Below the pieces are notes generated by a model, which saw nothing but the letters and a program-made list of their open reading frames with translations, was not told where the DNA came from and searched no databases. A program made the translations under genes and the position numbers. From an uncultured Gemmatimonadaceae bacterium (lineage in GTDB: Bacteria; Gemmatimonadota; Gemmatimonadetes; Gemmatimonadales; Gemmatimonadaceae), in assembly GCA_963740355.1 (NCBI GenBank), contig CAVUDW010000003.1:1-64000 (forward strand): a DNA stretch of 64,000 nt. The letters run 5' to 3'. This document shows positions 50,801 through 60,505 of this stretch, one piece after another; the first letter of the stretch is position 1, and the number at the start of each line of letters is the position of its first letter.

Positions 50801-51258
50801 TCGAGAGCGCATGGACTTTCCTGGTCTCTCTGCTGCCGTGGCATTCGACCTTCGATGCCGGGGCGCTGGTGTTCGTGCTGGCCTACATGGCGGCGCAGGC
50901 GATGTTTTGCGTCTCGCTGCGCCGGCTGGCAATGGCAATCCCCTGTTCGCAGCGGATGTGCAATCCGCTGGGGTTATGGGTGCTGGTGCTCCCTGGCCTG
51001 GGTGCGCTGGCCAGTTTCGGCGTCCTGCGCCACATCTTCGACACGGCCACGGTCGCGACCGAAGCGCATCATGTCCCGCCGCCACGTGGTGCAGCGCGCA
51101 CCTTCGCGATGATCTACGGCGCGAGCCGGTTCCTGATCCTTGTGCCGGGCATGCTGATTCCCGCATTGCTCGTGCAGTCGGTGGCGGCCACTGGCTTCCT
51201 GCTCCGGCTGACCAACGTCGCACGATCGCTGCGGACACCGGACGTTGCGGTCGCGTAG
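50797..51258 (+). CDS. Hypothetical membrane protein
   Basis: ATG overlaps the permease stop; 3-4 hydrophobic segments; 'AIP.SQR..NP...WVL..PG'. Confidence 0.6.
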   Translation: MIESAWTFLVSLLPWHSTFDAGALVFVLAYMAAQAMFCVSLRRLAMAIPCSQRMCNPLGLWVLVLPGLGALASFGVLRHIFDTATVATEAHHVPPPRGAARTFAMIYGASRFLILVPGMLIPALLVQSVAATGFLLRLTNVARSLRTPDVAVA

Positions 51259-51296
51259 GGATTGCTGCGGCGACTTGGCATCGCTGAAACTGCACT

Positions 51297-51848
51297 AACG
51301 CAGAACTGAACAGCCGCAGAACTGAACAGCCGCAGAAGTGCAACTGCGAAGTTATTTATCGCAAAACAGCACGCGTGGGTACGACAACAGCCGCAAGAGG
51401 GCAACGTCCGAAAAACTGCGTGCGCGCGCGCCGCGCTTCGGGCGCGGGCCGCGCATGATGGTTCACACGTTCAGGCGCGTGCCGCGCAGGACGGTCCACA
51501 CCTTCGGGCGCGGGCCGCGCAGGACGGTTCACACCTTTGGGCGCGTGCCGCGCAGGACGGTTCACACCTTTGGGCGCGTGCCGCGCAGGACGGTCCACAC
51601 CTTTGGGCGCGTGCCGCGCAGGACGGTCCACACTTCCTCACGCGGAGACGCGGTGGACGCGGAGCCGCGGGGAACAGCACGCGACGCCTACGGCGGCGAG
51701 GGATATGGAGAGGCTTGCGCTCAGGAACCAGAGGGGAGAACAAGGGAATGACGATTCTCGCGCGCCCGAGACAAATACCTCAAGCCGTTTGCTGTTGCTC
51801 GTGGCCCTTCTGCGGCTGTTTCGTTCTGCGGCTGTTCACTTCTGCGTT
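51297..51848. mobile_element. MITE-like element bounded by 42-bp imperfect inverted repeats
   Basis: 51297-51338 aacgcagaactgaacagccgcagaactgaacagccgcagaag vs reverse complement of 51807-51848 aacgcagaagtgaacagccgcagaacgaaacagccgcagaag (39/42); no transposase. Confidence 0.5.
51437..51634. repeat. Tandem repeat, 6 x 33 bp
   Basis: Consensus tt(t/c)gggcgcg(t/g)gccgcgcaggacggt(t/c)cacacc; copies start at 51437, 51470, 51503, 51536, 51569, 51602 with no spacers. Confidence 0.96.
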
Positions 51849-52026
51849 GAGGCACTTGCCCTTGCCGTTTCCTCTGCGCCTTTGCGCCTCAGCGATTCGT
51901 AGTGGCTCTTGCAGTTTTACGGCGGTTGAGCTTGCGGCTTGTGCGGTATCGCCTGTTGCTGTTTTGCGTCAAGGCAGTTGAACTTCAGGCAGTTGAACGT
52001 CGATCCGCGTGCAACTGAATTGTCGC

Positions 52027-54723
52027 CTAGCGAACGAGCAAGGTGACGATGCCGTGCGGGGGCGCTTCGAAGTGGATGTGGTCGCCGGTGGCTTCCGGCG
52101 GGAGGCCGAGTGTTTCGTCGAGGCGGGAAAGGCGCACTTCAGTGGCGGCGCGGGGGAGTTGCCAGGTGCCGCGAGCCGGTGTGGCGCGCAGGTTGATGCA
52201 TCGCAGCACGAGCCAACTGCCGTCTTCGCTCTGTTTTGCGGCGCTGAACACGAGGCCGTCGCCTTCGAGCGTGAGGCCGGGAAAGTCGGGCAGCGCCGTT
52301 GCGACACCTCGCCAGGTGTCACCACAGACCGGAGTGAGAAATTCTTCTGCACAGGCCTCGAGTTGCGACATCGCGGCGTCATGATCGTTCGGGAGCGCGA
52401 CGATGGCAAACCTCGCCCCGAATTCCCCGATCGATTGTGCGAGTGGCGTGGCGAGTGGCCAGCCGGCGTGCCCCGGTCGCTCAGGGAGGTCGCGCCGTGA
52501 GAGCTCGCCGATAGCGCGGAGCAGCGTGATGGCGAGGTGACCGTCCGACGTCACTTCGTATTCGGCGAGTCCATCACTGATGATTCCGAGCCCGCACGAT
52601 TCTCCAGGGAGGTAGAGCCACCGATGCAGCGGCGCCGTGTCGAGCCGTTGCTCGGCGCTCCATTCGCGCGGATCGCGCTGGCTCCGTTCACGACGCACCG
52701 TGCCGAATGCAGCATCGGCGAAATGATGGCTGCTGTCGATGCCCATCGGGAGCGGAAGCACCCAGCGAAGCCGATGATCGCCGGCGCGATTGTCGCCGCT
52801 GATCGCGACTTCGATGACGTCAGACCCAGCTGTGAGCGCGAGCATCGCCGTGGCCGCGACCGTGACCGTATCGCGTGACGGGATATCACGCTGCGCAGGA
52901 TCAGCCGCAGCGGGTGCTGAAACGCGCGGGCGCTGGAGCGCGCACGCGAGTTCCCATTCGGCACGAATGGGGCCGCGTGCATTCAGTCGCGGCGCCGACC
53001 AGGCTGCGACGATCGGTGCGCCGCGCAACGATGGGGTGTAGGTGTCGCCCGCGTCGGTGATGCTCTCGAGCCAGCCGAGCGACGAGAAATGCATTCCGGT
53101 GCGAACTGATGTCGCAGTCACGCCGTCCTCGCTGCGAACGAGCTTCCAGGCGGGTCCCGTGAGTTCATCCTCTGCGGCCCGTACGCGCAGCCGAGTCGGC
53201 ACCGTCTTCACGACCGACGATAGCTCAGCCAGGGTCACCGGTTGCACGGCATAGCCCGGCATCGGATCGATCCATGCCATCACGATGCTTTCGCGCACGA
53301 CCGCGTTGCGCGGATAGTGCAATGGCGATTCGACGCGATCGAACACGCGGTGGCGCTGCAGCAACTGCAGCATTCCGTCGCCGGACCACTCCGGTGGTGA
53401 TGGTGGCGGTGCGACCCGAGCGCCACTCCGGGCGGCGCTACCTGGTCCGACGGGATCAGCGACGACTGCGTCGACCAGCCGAAGGCGGATCGCTCCGCCG
53501 CGCGCGTACGCCGCTGGATTCCGCAGCACGAGCGTCGATCGCCAGTACGCCTCATGCTCGCGGTGCATGGCCGGATCACACTCCAACAGCGCCTGAAGGG
53601 CGGTGTCTCGAATCCCGATCGCCTGATGGCGTGCGTCAGCCCAGCGCGCGTCAGCCGCAGTCGCGACCTCGTCCACGCTGCAACCACACAACGTGTCGTG
53701 CGGATGGGTGGTGAGCAGTGTCTTCCAGGCGGTGCGCAGCGTGGAGTGCGGCCACTGGAACGTGAACCATGCCAGCGCCGCCCACGGTTCGACGTCTCTG
53801 AGCAACAATCGATCGACCTGTGCATTGGTGCGCTTCTGGTGCGCGCGCGTCGCGAAGGTGCCCTGAAGGGTCCAGGTCCATCCCGTCGAATCGCGGAGTT
53901 CGCCGCTCACCTCAGAGAGCGCGTCCGATGCAGACGCCTCTGCCGCGACCAGCCTTCCCGTAAATCCTGTCAGCGAGTCTGCCGTGACCAGGTGCGGCTC
54001 CGCGACGGCAGCCAACACCGCAATCGCATCGGCTCGCCCGACCTGACGCGCGTGATGGTCTGCACCGTTGGGCAGCAGCGAGACGCGCAGGGCATTTCGG
54101 CCGAGCACGGCATCGCGAGACCGTCGCCACCAGGCTGTCGCCGCCGCGGACGAAAGGGCGAGCGACGAGCCCGTTTCGTACCCATCGGGCGGCAGGTGGT
54201 AGAGCAGCACGCGGGCGCCGGACGGATGCGTCCAGGCGAGCACAGTGTCGCGCGGGTGCGCAGGGCCGCCGAATCCGCGCCAGACGATGGCGAGCCCCAG
54301 CCCGAACCCGTGCGCCAGCACCGGCCCGGCGGCGGAATGACCGAAGGCGTCCGGCGAATAGAGGACCGGGGGTGGGAATCCTCCGTGTTCGCGCACCGTG
54401 CGGATCCCCTCGAGCAGGTTGCGGACCAGCGATTCGCCGGAGGGAATCAGCATGTCGGCAAGGACATACCACGGGCCGGCCTCGATCTCACCGCTCCCGA
54501 TCGCCGCCTGCAGCTGCGGAACCCGCTCAGGGCGCACGGCGCAGTAGTCATCCAGCACGATCGCCTGCCCGTCCAGCAGAAACGGCAGGCCATCGGGTTC
54601 CTCCAGCAGGCCGTCGATGAGGGCGGCGAGTCGCTGCCGCATGACGCCCAGCGGGTGGTACCACTCGCGGTCCCAGTGGGTGTGCGAGACCACGACGAGT
54701 GTGTGCGGGGCGTGGGAGTCCAT
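52027..54723 (-). CDS. Glycoside hydrolase family 38 (alpha-mannosidase/MngB-like)
   Basis: 'SHTHWDREWY', 'LLDGQ', 'GPWYVLAD', 'DAFGH', 'NGADH', 'HPHDTLCGCSVDEV'. Confidence 0.92.
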   Translation of the reverse strand: MDSHAPHTLVVVSHTHWDREWYHPLGVMRQRLAALIDGLLEEPDGLPFLLDGQAIVLDDYCAVRPERVPQLQAAIGSGEIEAGPWYVLADMLIPSGESLVRNLLEGIRTVREHGGFPPPVLYSPDAFGHSAAGPVLAHGFGLGLAIVWRGFGGPAHPRDTVLAWTHPSGARVLLYHLPPDGYETGSSLALSSAAATAWWRRSRDAVLGRNALRVSLLPNGADHHARQVGRADAIAVLAAVAEPHLVTADSLTGFTGRLVAAEASASDALSEVSGELRDSTGWTWTLQGTFATRAHQKRTNAQVDRLLLRDVEPWAALAWFTFQWPHSTLRTAWKTLLTTHPHDTLCGCSVDEVATAADARWADARHQAIGIRDTALQALLECDPAMHREHEAYWRSTLVLRNPAAYARGGAIRLRLVDAVVADPVGPGSAARSGARVAPPPSPPEWSGDGMLQLLQRHRVFDRVESPLHYPRNAVVRESIVMAWIDPMPGYAVQPVTLAELSSVVKTVPTRLRVRAAEDELTGPAWKLVRSEDGVTATSVRTGMHFSSLGWLESITDAGDTYTPSLRGAPIVAAWSAPRLNARGPIRAEWELACALQRPRVSAPAAADPAQRDIPSRDTVTVAATAMLALTAGSDVIEVAISGDNRAGDHRLRWVLPLPMGIDSSHHFADAAFGTVRRERSQRDPREWSAEQRLDTAPLHRWLYLPGESCGLGIISDGLAEYEVTSDGHLAITLLRAIGELSRRDLPERPGHAGWPLATPLAQSIGEFGARFAIVALPNDHDAAMSQLEACAEEFLTPVCGDTWRGVATALPDFPGLTLEGDGLVFSAAKQSEDGSWLVLRCINLRATPARGTWQLPRAATEVRLSRLDETLGLPPEATGDHIHFEAPPHGIVTLLVR

Positions 54724-54944
54724 TGGGAGCGAGTTCGGCCTGACGGGATCGTAGTGAATCAGTCGCGGTTGGTCACGACCGTCAGACTAACGCTCAGCCG
54801 TTGTGCAGACAGGCGGCACCGGCGATTTTCCGGCTTGCGGCGCCAGGCCGTCGATCGTGTCCGGCCGCCCATCTGACGCGTCATGATACGGGGTCGCTCC
54901 CCGGGTCAGGCGCGTTCGTCACATCTGAAGCATACGAAGCACAT

Positions 54945-55589
54945 ATGGATCTTCTTCACGACCTCTTCTCCCGGTTGCGCGACCTTCCCGAGCTGGTTCG
55001 GTGGGCGGGCACCGTGGGCATGATGCTGATCATCTTCTGCGAGACGGGCCTGCTGGTGGGATTGTTCCTGCCAGGTGATTCCCTGCTCGTCACCGCCGGC
55101 CTGCTTGGCGCGACGCGCCCGGAGTTCGGGATTCACGTCTGGTCGCTTGGTTTCCTGCTGGTGGCGTCAGCCATCGTCGGCGACACGGTGGGCTACCAGA
55201 TCGGCCGGTTCACGGGGCCGAAGCTGTTCACGCGCCAGGATGGCCTGATCTTCAAGCGGAAGTACCTGAAGAAGGCGCATGACTTTTACGAGACACACGG
55301 CGGCAAGACGGTCATGATCGCGCGCTTCGTGCCGATCGTCCGCACCTTCGCCCCGGTGCTGGCCGGTGTCGGCGCTATGCCGTATTCACGCTTTGCAGGC
55401 TTCAGCATCTCCGGCAGCTTCCTCTGGATCTGGAGCATGCTCATGATCGGCTACGGACTCGGCCGCACGGTGCCCGGCGTCGCACAACATGTCGAGAAGG
55501 TGATCCTGGCCGTCATCCTGTTGTCGGTGTTGCCCGGTGTGATCAGCTGGTGGCGCGAGCGCCAGAAGGCCAAGGCGCGGGCATCATGA
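54945..55589 (+). CDS. DedA family membrane protein
   Basis: 'IFCETGLLVGLFLPGDSLL', 'GDTVGY.IGR', 'ARFVPIVRTFAP'. Confidence 0.94.
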   Translation: MDLLHDLFSRLRDLPELVRWAGTVGMMLIIFCETGLLVGLFLPGDSLLVTAGLLGATRPEFGIHVWSLGFLLVASAIVGDTVGYQIGRFTGPKLFTRQDGLIFKRKYLKKAHDFYETHGGKTVMIARFVPIVRTFAPVLAGVGAMPYSRFAGFSISGSFLWIWSMLMIGYGLGRTVPGVAQHVEKVILAVILLSVLPGVISWWRERQKAKARAS

Positions 55590-55705
55590 CGCGCCGCTGA
55601 TATATGCTGCCGACGGGGCTGCCAGCGCGCACCTCCGGTTGACGTCGACCGTTAGTTTCTACACAGCACCACATACACATCCAGTACGACCCTTTCGGAG
55701 ATCAC

Positions 55706-56326
55706 ATGGCTTTCACGTTGCCTGCGCTTCCATATGCGCTCGACGCGCTCGAACCGAACATCGATGCCACCACGATGGGCATCCATCATGGCAAGCATCA
55801 TCAGGCGTACGTCACGAACCTGAACGCCGCGCTTGAGAAGGCGCCGACGATCGCAACCAACTCGCTCGAGGCGATTCTCGCCGACTTGCCGAGTGCCCCG
55901 GACGGCGTTCGCAACGCCATCCGCAACAACGGCGGCGGCCACTGGAACCACTCCCTGTTCTGGGAGATCATGGCACCGAGCGCCGGCGGTGAACCGACCG
56001 GCGACCTGGGCGCGCTGATCACGAAGTCGTTCGGCAGCTACAGCGCCTTCCGCGACCAGCTGAAGGCCGCGGGCGTCGGTCGCTTCGGCAGCGGCTGGGC
56101 GTGGCTGATGCATGACGGCGGGACGCTCGCCATCACCAGCTCACCGAACCAGGACAACCCGATCATGGACGGTCGTCGTCCGTCGGACATCCTGCTTGGC
56201 GTGGACGTCTGGGAGCATGCGTACTACCTCAAGTACCAGAACCGTCGTCCGGACTACCTCGATGCATGGTTCAACACGATCAACTGGGCGAAGGTCGGCG
56301 AGCGCTACACGGCCGCGCAGAAGTAA
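55706..56326 (+). CDS. sodA: Superoxide dismutase (Mn-type signature)
   Basis: 'HHGKHHQAY', 'NNGGGHWNH', 'FGSGWAW', 'NQDNP', 'DVWEHAYY'. Confidence 0.95.
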   Translation: MAFTLPALPYALDALEPNIDATTMGIHHGKHHQAYVTNLNAALEKAPTIATNSLEAILADLPSAPDGVRNAIRNNGGGHWNHSLFWEIMAPSAGGEPTGDLGALITKSFGSYSAFRDQLKAAGVGRFGSGWAWLMHDGGTLAITSSPNQDNPIMDGRRPSDILLGVDVWEHAYYLKYQNRRPDYLDAWFNTINWAKVGERYTAAQK

Positions 56327-56354
56327 GTCCGCTCTCGCAGTGGCATGAGAAGCA

Positions 56355-56388
56355 AAAGTCCCCCGCCGGAGCATCGGCGGGGGACTTT
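56355..56388. terminator. Bidirectional intrinsic terminator
   Basis: aaagtcccccgccg-gagcat-cggcgggggacttt between convergent sodA and Yip1 genes. Confidence 0.85.
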
Positions 56389-56411
56389 GCGTTGTCAGGC
56401 TCAGTGGCTGG

Positions 56412-57125
56412 TCAGCGGAACAGTGCCATGCCAACCAGTGCCACAACGATTGCGAGCACTGCGGCCTTCTCTTTTTCCATTCTACCGATGATGAAGGCGC
56501 CCATTCCCACGAGCACGATGCCCCAGATGACGAAGGGATCTGCCAGCGCACCGAGTTTCAGCAGCCAATTGTTCGAATCGCCCGGCATGAAGCGCGCGGC
56601 ATTGAAGCTGAACGAGTAGCGATGCGCGGCCGTGGAGGCATCGAGGAAGAGTCCCTGCACGCCAGCGAGGATACGCCCCAGCAGTTCAGGCATGGATCCC
56701 ATCACGGCGATCAGCGTGCCCTGCCCGAAGTTGAACTTGCCGCCCATCATGTTGCCGAGCAGCATGACGATCAACCCGCTGATCCACGCGCCGATCGCCA
56801 CGAAGACTGGGATGAAATACACGCCGAACGCGGCGAACTTCTTCCCCATCGCCTTGGCACCGGCTGCCTGCTCGGGCGTCATGCCGTTCTGCTTGATCAC
56901 TCGCGCGAACTCGGCATCCTGCAACGCCTCGTTGAGCTGTTGCGAGAGGAAGAAGGCGACCATCGACACGATGCAGAGGACGAGAATCGGCACCAGGTAC
57001 TTCCCGTCGCGGCGGCGTTCAAAGACCTGACGCGGCGAGTAGAAGATGTCGAGCACATCCTCCCACGTCGCAGTCGCCGCGGTGGCCTTGCTCGTGAACG
57101 GATCCGTCGGCATCGGTTCTGTCAT
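56412..57125 (-). CDS. Yip1-domain membrane protein
   Basis: 'IFYSPRQVFE', about 5 TMs, 'GGKFNF', 'DPFVIW'. Confidence 0.75.
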   Translation of the reverse strand: MTEPMPTDPFTSKATAATATWEDVLDIFYSPRQVFERRRDGKYLVPILVLCIVSMVAFFLSQQLNEALQDAEFARVIKQNGMTPEQAAGAKAMGKKFAAFGVYFIPVFVAIGAWISGLIVMLLGNMMGGKFNFGQGTLIAVMGSMPELLGRILAGVQGLFLDASTAAHRYSFSFNAARFMPGDSNNWLLKLGALADPFVIWGIVLVGMGAFIIGRMEKEKAAVLAIVVALVGMALFR

Positions 57126-59086
57126 CGCGCCGCCTCGCCTTCGAGATAGGTGTATCCTTCGAGACCAGCCACATAGTCGGCGATGAAGGTGTTCGCCTCG
57201 CCGCGCGTGATGCCGACCGCGTTCTGCACCTTACGACGGAAGGTGGCGAGAAGTGTCGGGGCGTGGAACTGCACGTAGTTCAGCACTTCCGTCACCGTGT
57301 CGCCGTGCACGATGTCACTCACGACGTAGCGACCGTCCTCCGCCAGCTTGACGTGCACCGCGTTGGTGTCGCCGAAGAGGTTGTGCAGGTCGCCGAGGAT
57401 TTCCTGGTAGGCGCCCGTGAGGAAGATGCCGAGCACGTAGTCCTCGTCATCCTTCGGCACGTGGAGCTCGAGGCTCGGGCGTCCGTTCCGGTCGCCGACG
57501 AACCGATCGATCTTGCCATCCGAATCGCAGGTCACGTCCTGCAAGGTGCCCATGCGATCGGGGCGCTCGTCGAGGCGATGCACCGGCATCACCGGGAAGA
57601 GCTGGTCGATGGCCCAGTGATCAGGCAGCGACTGGAAGAGCGAGAAGTTGCAGAAGTAGCGGTCGGTGAGTGCGGCCTCCACTTCCTCGAGGATGTCCTC
57701 GAATTCCTCCGGATCCTCGCGCACGAGGCGCTGCAGCCCGTTCATGATGCCGAGGTGGAGCTGTTCGGCAATCGCAAGCGAACGCAGGTCGAGGGCGTCG
57801 GCGCTGAAGTACTGACGTGCGCGCTCCTTGTCGAAGCTCGCGTCGTGCGCGATTTCGCGGACCTTGCGGGGCTTCAGCTCCTGGTTCGAGTGGACCGTGA
57901 CCCAATCCTCGAGCATCTCGTGCAGGAGGGTGTGATCCTCGTCGGTCAGCTCGGGCAACATCGGCACGGTGTTCGTGTCGACGTCGATGACCTTGAGGAG
58001 CATCAGCGCATGATGCGCCGTGAGGGCACGCCCACTTTCGCTGATCAGGTTCGGCATCGGCAGGTCGTGTTCACGGCAGCTCTCGGCCATCGTGTAGACG
58101 ACGTCGTTCGCGTACTCCTGCGGCGTGTAGTTGACGCTCGCCTCGGCCGTCGAGTTGGTGCCGTCGTAGTCCACACCGAGGCCACCACCGACATCGACGT
58201 AGGTGACGTCGACACCCATGCGACGCAGCTCGGTGTAAAAGCGCGCCACTTCCTGCAGTCCCGCCTTGATATAGCGGATGTCCGGGATCTGGCTACCGAG
58301 GTGGAAGTGGATCAGCTTCAGGATATCGAGGCGGCCGAGCGCCTTCAGCTTGTCGATCAGCTTCACCAGCTGTGCGACGTTGAGACCGAACTTGCTCTTT
58401 TCGCCGCCGCTCTGCGCCCAGCGACCGAAGCCGGCCGATGCCAGCTTGATGCGAACGCCGGCGGTGGGAACGACGCCAAGTTCATCGGCGACTTCCAACA
58501 GCACGTCGAGTTCGGAGAGCTGCTCCAGGACGATGAACACTCGATGGCCCAGCTTCTGGCTGATGAGCGCCAGACGCATGAACTCATGATCCTTGTAGCC
58601 GTTGCAGACGATCAGGTGATCGGTCTTGTCGGTGAGCGCGATGACCGCCTGCAGTTCCGGCTTGGAGCCACACTCGAGGCCCACACCGTATGGCTGGCCG
58701 AACTCGTGGATCTCTTCGACAACGTGTCGCTGCTGGTTGACCTTGATCGGGAACACCGTCGTGTACTTGCCGGTGTAGCCGTATTCCTTGATGGCCGCCT
58801 CGAACTCCTCGCTCAGTTGGTGCACGCGCGAGCGCAGGAGATCGGAGAATCGCAGCAGCACCGGCATGGCGACGCCCTGCGCCTCCAGATCCTGCGCGAG
58901 TTCGAACAGGTCGACTTCGCGATCGGGATGATCGCGGTCCGGGCGCACGACCACGTGGCCCTTGGCATTGATGTCGAAGTAACCGCTCCCCCACCCTTCC
59001 ACGTTGTAGAGGGCACGAGCGTCATCGATGGTCCACGGCACGGCAGCGCTCGAGGCGGCTTCCGGCGAAAGCGGCAGGGTTGTCAT
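57122..59086 (-). CDS. speA: Biosynthetic arginine decarboxylase
   Basis: 'YNVEGWGSGYF', 'VFPIKVNQ', 'GLECGSKPEL', 'HFHLGSQ', 'DVGGGLGVDYDG', 'NFSLFQSLPD.WAIDQLFP', 'TCDSDG'. Confidence 0.96.
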   Translation of the reverse strand: MTTLPLSPEAASSAAVPWTIDDARALYNVEGWGSGYFDINAKGHVVVRPDRDHPDREVDLFELAQDLEAQGVAMPVLLRFSDLLRSRVHQLSEEFEAAIKEYGYTGKYTTVFPIKVNQQRHVVEEIHEFGQPYGVGLECGSKPELQAVIALTDKTDHLIVCNGYKDHEFMRLALISQKLGHRVFIVLEQLSELDVLLEVADELGVVPTAGVRIKLASAGFGRWAQSGGEKSKFGLNVAQLVKLIDKLKALGRLDILKLIHFHLGSQIPDIRYIKAGLQEVARFYTELRRMGVDVTYVDVGGGLGVDYDGTNSTAEASVNYTPQEYANDVVYTMAESCREHDLPMPNLISESGRALTAHHALMLLKVIDVDTNTVPMLPELTDEDHTLLHEMLEDWVTVHSNQELKPRKVREIAHDASFDKERARQYFSADALDLRSLAIAEQLHLGIMNGLQRLVREDPEEFEDILEEVEAALTDRYFCNFSLFQSLPDHWAIDQLFPVMPVHRLDERPDRMGTLQDVTCDSDGKIDRFVGDRNGRPSLELHVPKDDEDYVLGIFLTGAYQEILGDLHNLFGDTNAVHVKLAEDGRYVVSDIVHGDTVTEVLNYVQFHAPTLLATFRRKVQNAVGITRGEANTFIADYVAGLEGYTYLEGEAAR

Positions 59087-59169
59087 GTACGGAATTCTAG
59101 GGCATTCGCGGGGGTGGGGGTATGCTCTTCGCGTCGCGGCGCGCGGTGAGGCTGGTTGCGGCGCCGCGC

Positions 59170-60321
59170 CTAGCGGGCAAGATCGCGATAGCGCTGCAAG
59201 TAGCTGGCGTCGATTCGGTGCTTCAACCAGGAGGCCCACTGTGACTCGAGCGTGACACCGCGCCAGCGCAGCAGTGCGCGCCCGTCGCCGGTATTCAGCA
59301 GGGCGAGGAAATCGCGCTGTGGTGCATACATCACACGCGTCGGATCACCGCTGGCTCCGGCCAGCACGTTCCGGGCCAGCACCGGTGCCATCCTCACGGC
59401 ATATACACCGGCTTTCGGTGTTGCGGGGAAGTCGCGAAGCGTGACACAGTCGCCACCGCCGAAGATCGAGTCGTCGGCCGTCAACGACAGTGTCGACGAC
59501 GCGAGCGGATAGCCGCGTGCGTCACAATCGAGGCCGCTCTGCGCGAGCCATGGCTGCGGTGCGGAGCCTGTCACCCAGGCCGTCGCCACGGAGGGAAGCA
59601 GCGTCTCTCGACCGTTCGCCTCAACGAGGAGCGCGTCAGCCGTGACCCGTTTCGCGTGTGCGCAACAGAGCGCAACGTCGCGGCGCGACAAGGCGGTCGC
59701 GGCAAGGCGGCGGGAAGATGGGCCGAACCCGGCAAGTGGAAGGCCGTCGGTGGCCGAGGCATCGACGATCGTGACGGCGGGAGTCCGTCCCGCCGCGAGA
59801 ATGCGAGCACGCACGGCGAGGGCGATTTCCACACCCGCTGCGCCACCGCCGACGACGGCCGCCGGCACGGACTCGCCAGGTGCCCGACCACGGCAGGCGG
59901 CATCGAGTGCGTCGAGCAAGCCAACGGCCGACGCGAATGGGCGCATGGCGAAGGCGAAGTCACGCGCGCCAGGTGCATCGATCGAGGCCGCAGCGCTACC
60001 CACGTCGAGCGAGAGCAGGTCGAATGACAGCGACGCCCCATCGCTGAGCGCGAGCGTGCGATTGCCAGCGTCGAGACCGGTCACCGCGACTTCGCGCACG
60101 TCGATCCCGGCCGCCCGGGCGATCGCGGCAACCGGGATCGAGGCGGCGTCCAGGGGCTCGGCGCCCGCGATGATCGCCGGGAGCATGCCGCTGTAGTGGA
60201 AGTCGGGCTGCGACGTCACGAGCACGACCTGCCATCCCTCGAGGCGTCGGGCGGCAAGTGCGGCCAACAAGTCGAGTTGCGCGTGGCCGGCGCCAGCTAG
60301 CACCAGACGGCGATCGCTCAC
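59170..60321 (-). CDS. FAD-dependent pyridine nucleotide-disulfide oxidoreductase (similar to the domain fused N-terminally to SelD)
   Basis: 'LVLAGAGHAQ', 'YSGMLP', 'VVGGGAAGVE', 'GGDC', 'PKAGVYAVR', 'WLKHRID'; GTG start 60321. Confidence 0.85.
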   Translation of the reverse strand: MSDRRLVLAGAGHAQLDLLAALAARRLEGWQVVLVTSQPDFHYSGMLPAIIAGAEPLDAASIPVAAIARAAGIDVREVAVTGLDAGNRTLALSDGASLSFDLLSLDVGSAAASIDAPGARDFAFAMRPFASAVGLLDALDAACRGRAPGESVPAAVVGGGAAGVEIALAVRARILAAGRTPAVTIVDASATDGLPLAGFGPSSRRLAATALSRRDVALCCAHAKRVTADALLVEANGRETLLPSVATAWVTGSAPQPWLAQSGLDCDARGYPLASSTLSLTADDSIFGGGDCVTLRDFPATPKAGVYAVRMAPVLARNVLAGASGDPTRVMYAPQRDFLALLNTGDGRALLRWRGVTLESQWASWLKHRIDASYLQRYRDLAR

Positions 60322-60505
60322 AGCGGTGAAGCGGCAGCCCGAAACCGCCGGATGGCATTGATCATTCCCCAGTCTAGCCGGAAACTCGTCGAGCACGACG
60401 GTGGAGCGCGGCGGGGCTCTGGCGCGGTATGTCACATTTCAGCGACGCCCGCCCGGGGGCGAAACCTGACCGGGCCCTGCGCCGTCTTGCCAGCAACCCT
60501 CACGG

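Noticed and set aside
51437..51634. CRISPR array
   Set aside because: Units abut with no unique spacers, and there are no cas genes
55596..55605. GCTGATATAT upstream of sodA, matching part of the hut palindrome
   Set aside because: Palindrome incomplete; more simply a -10-like element or chance
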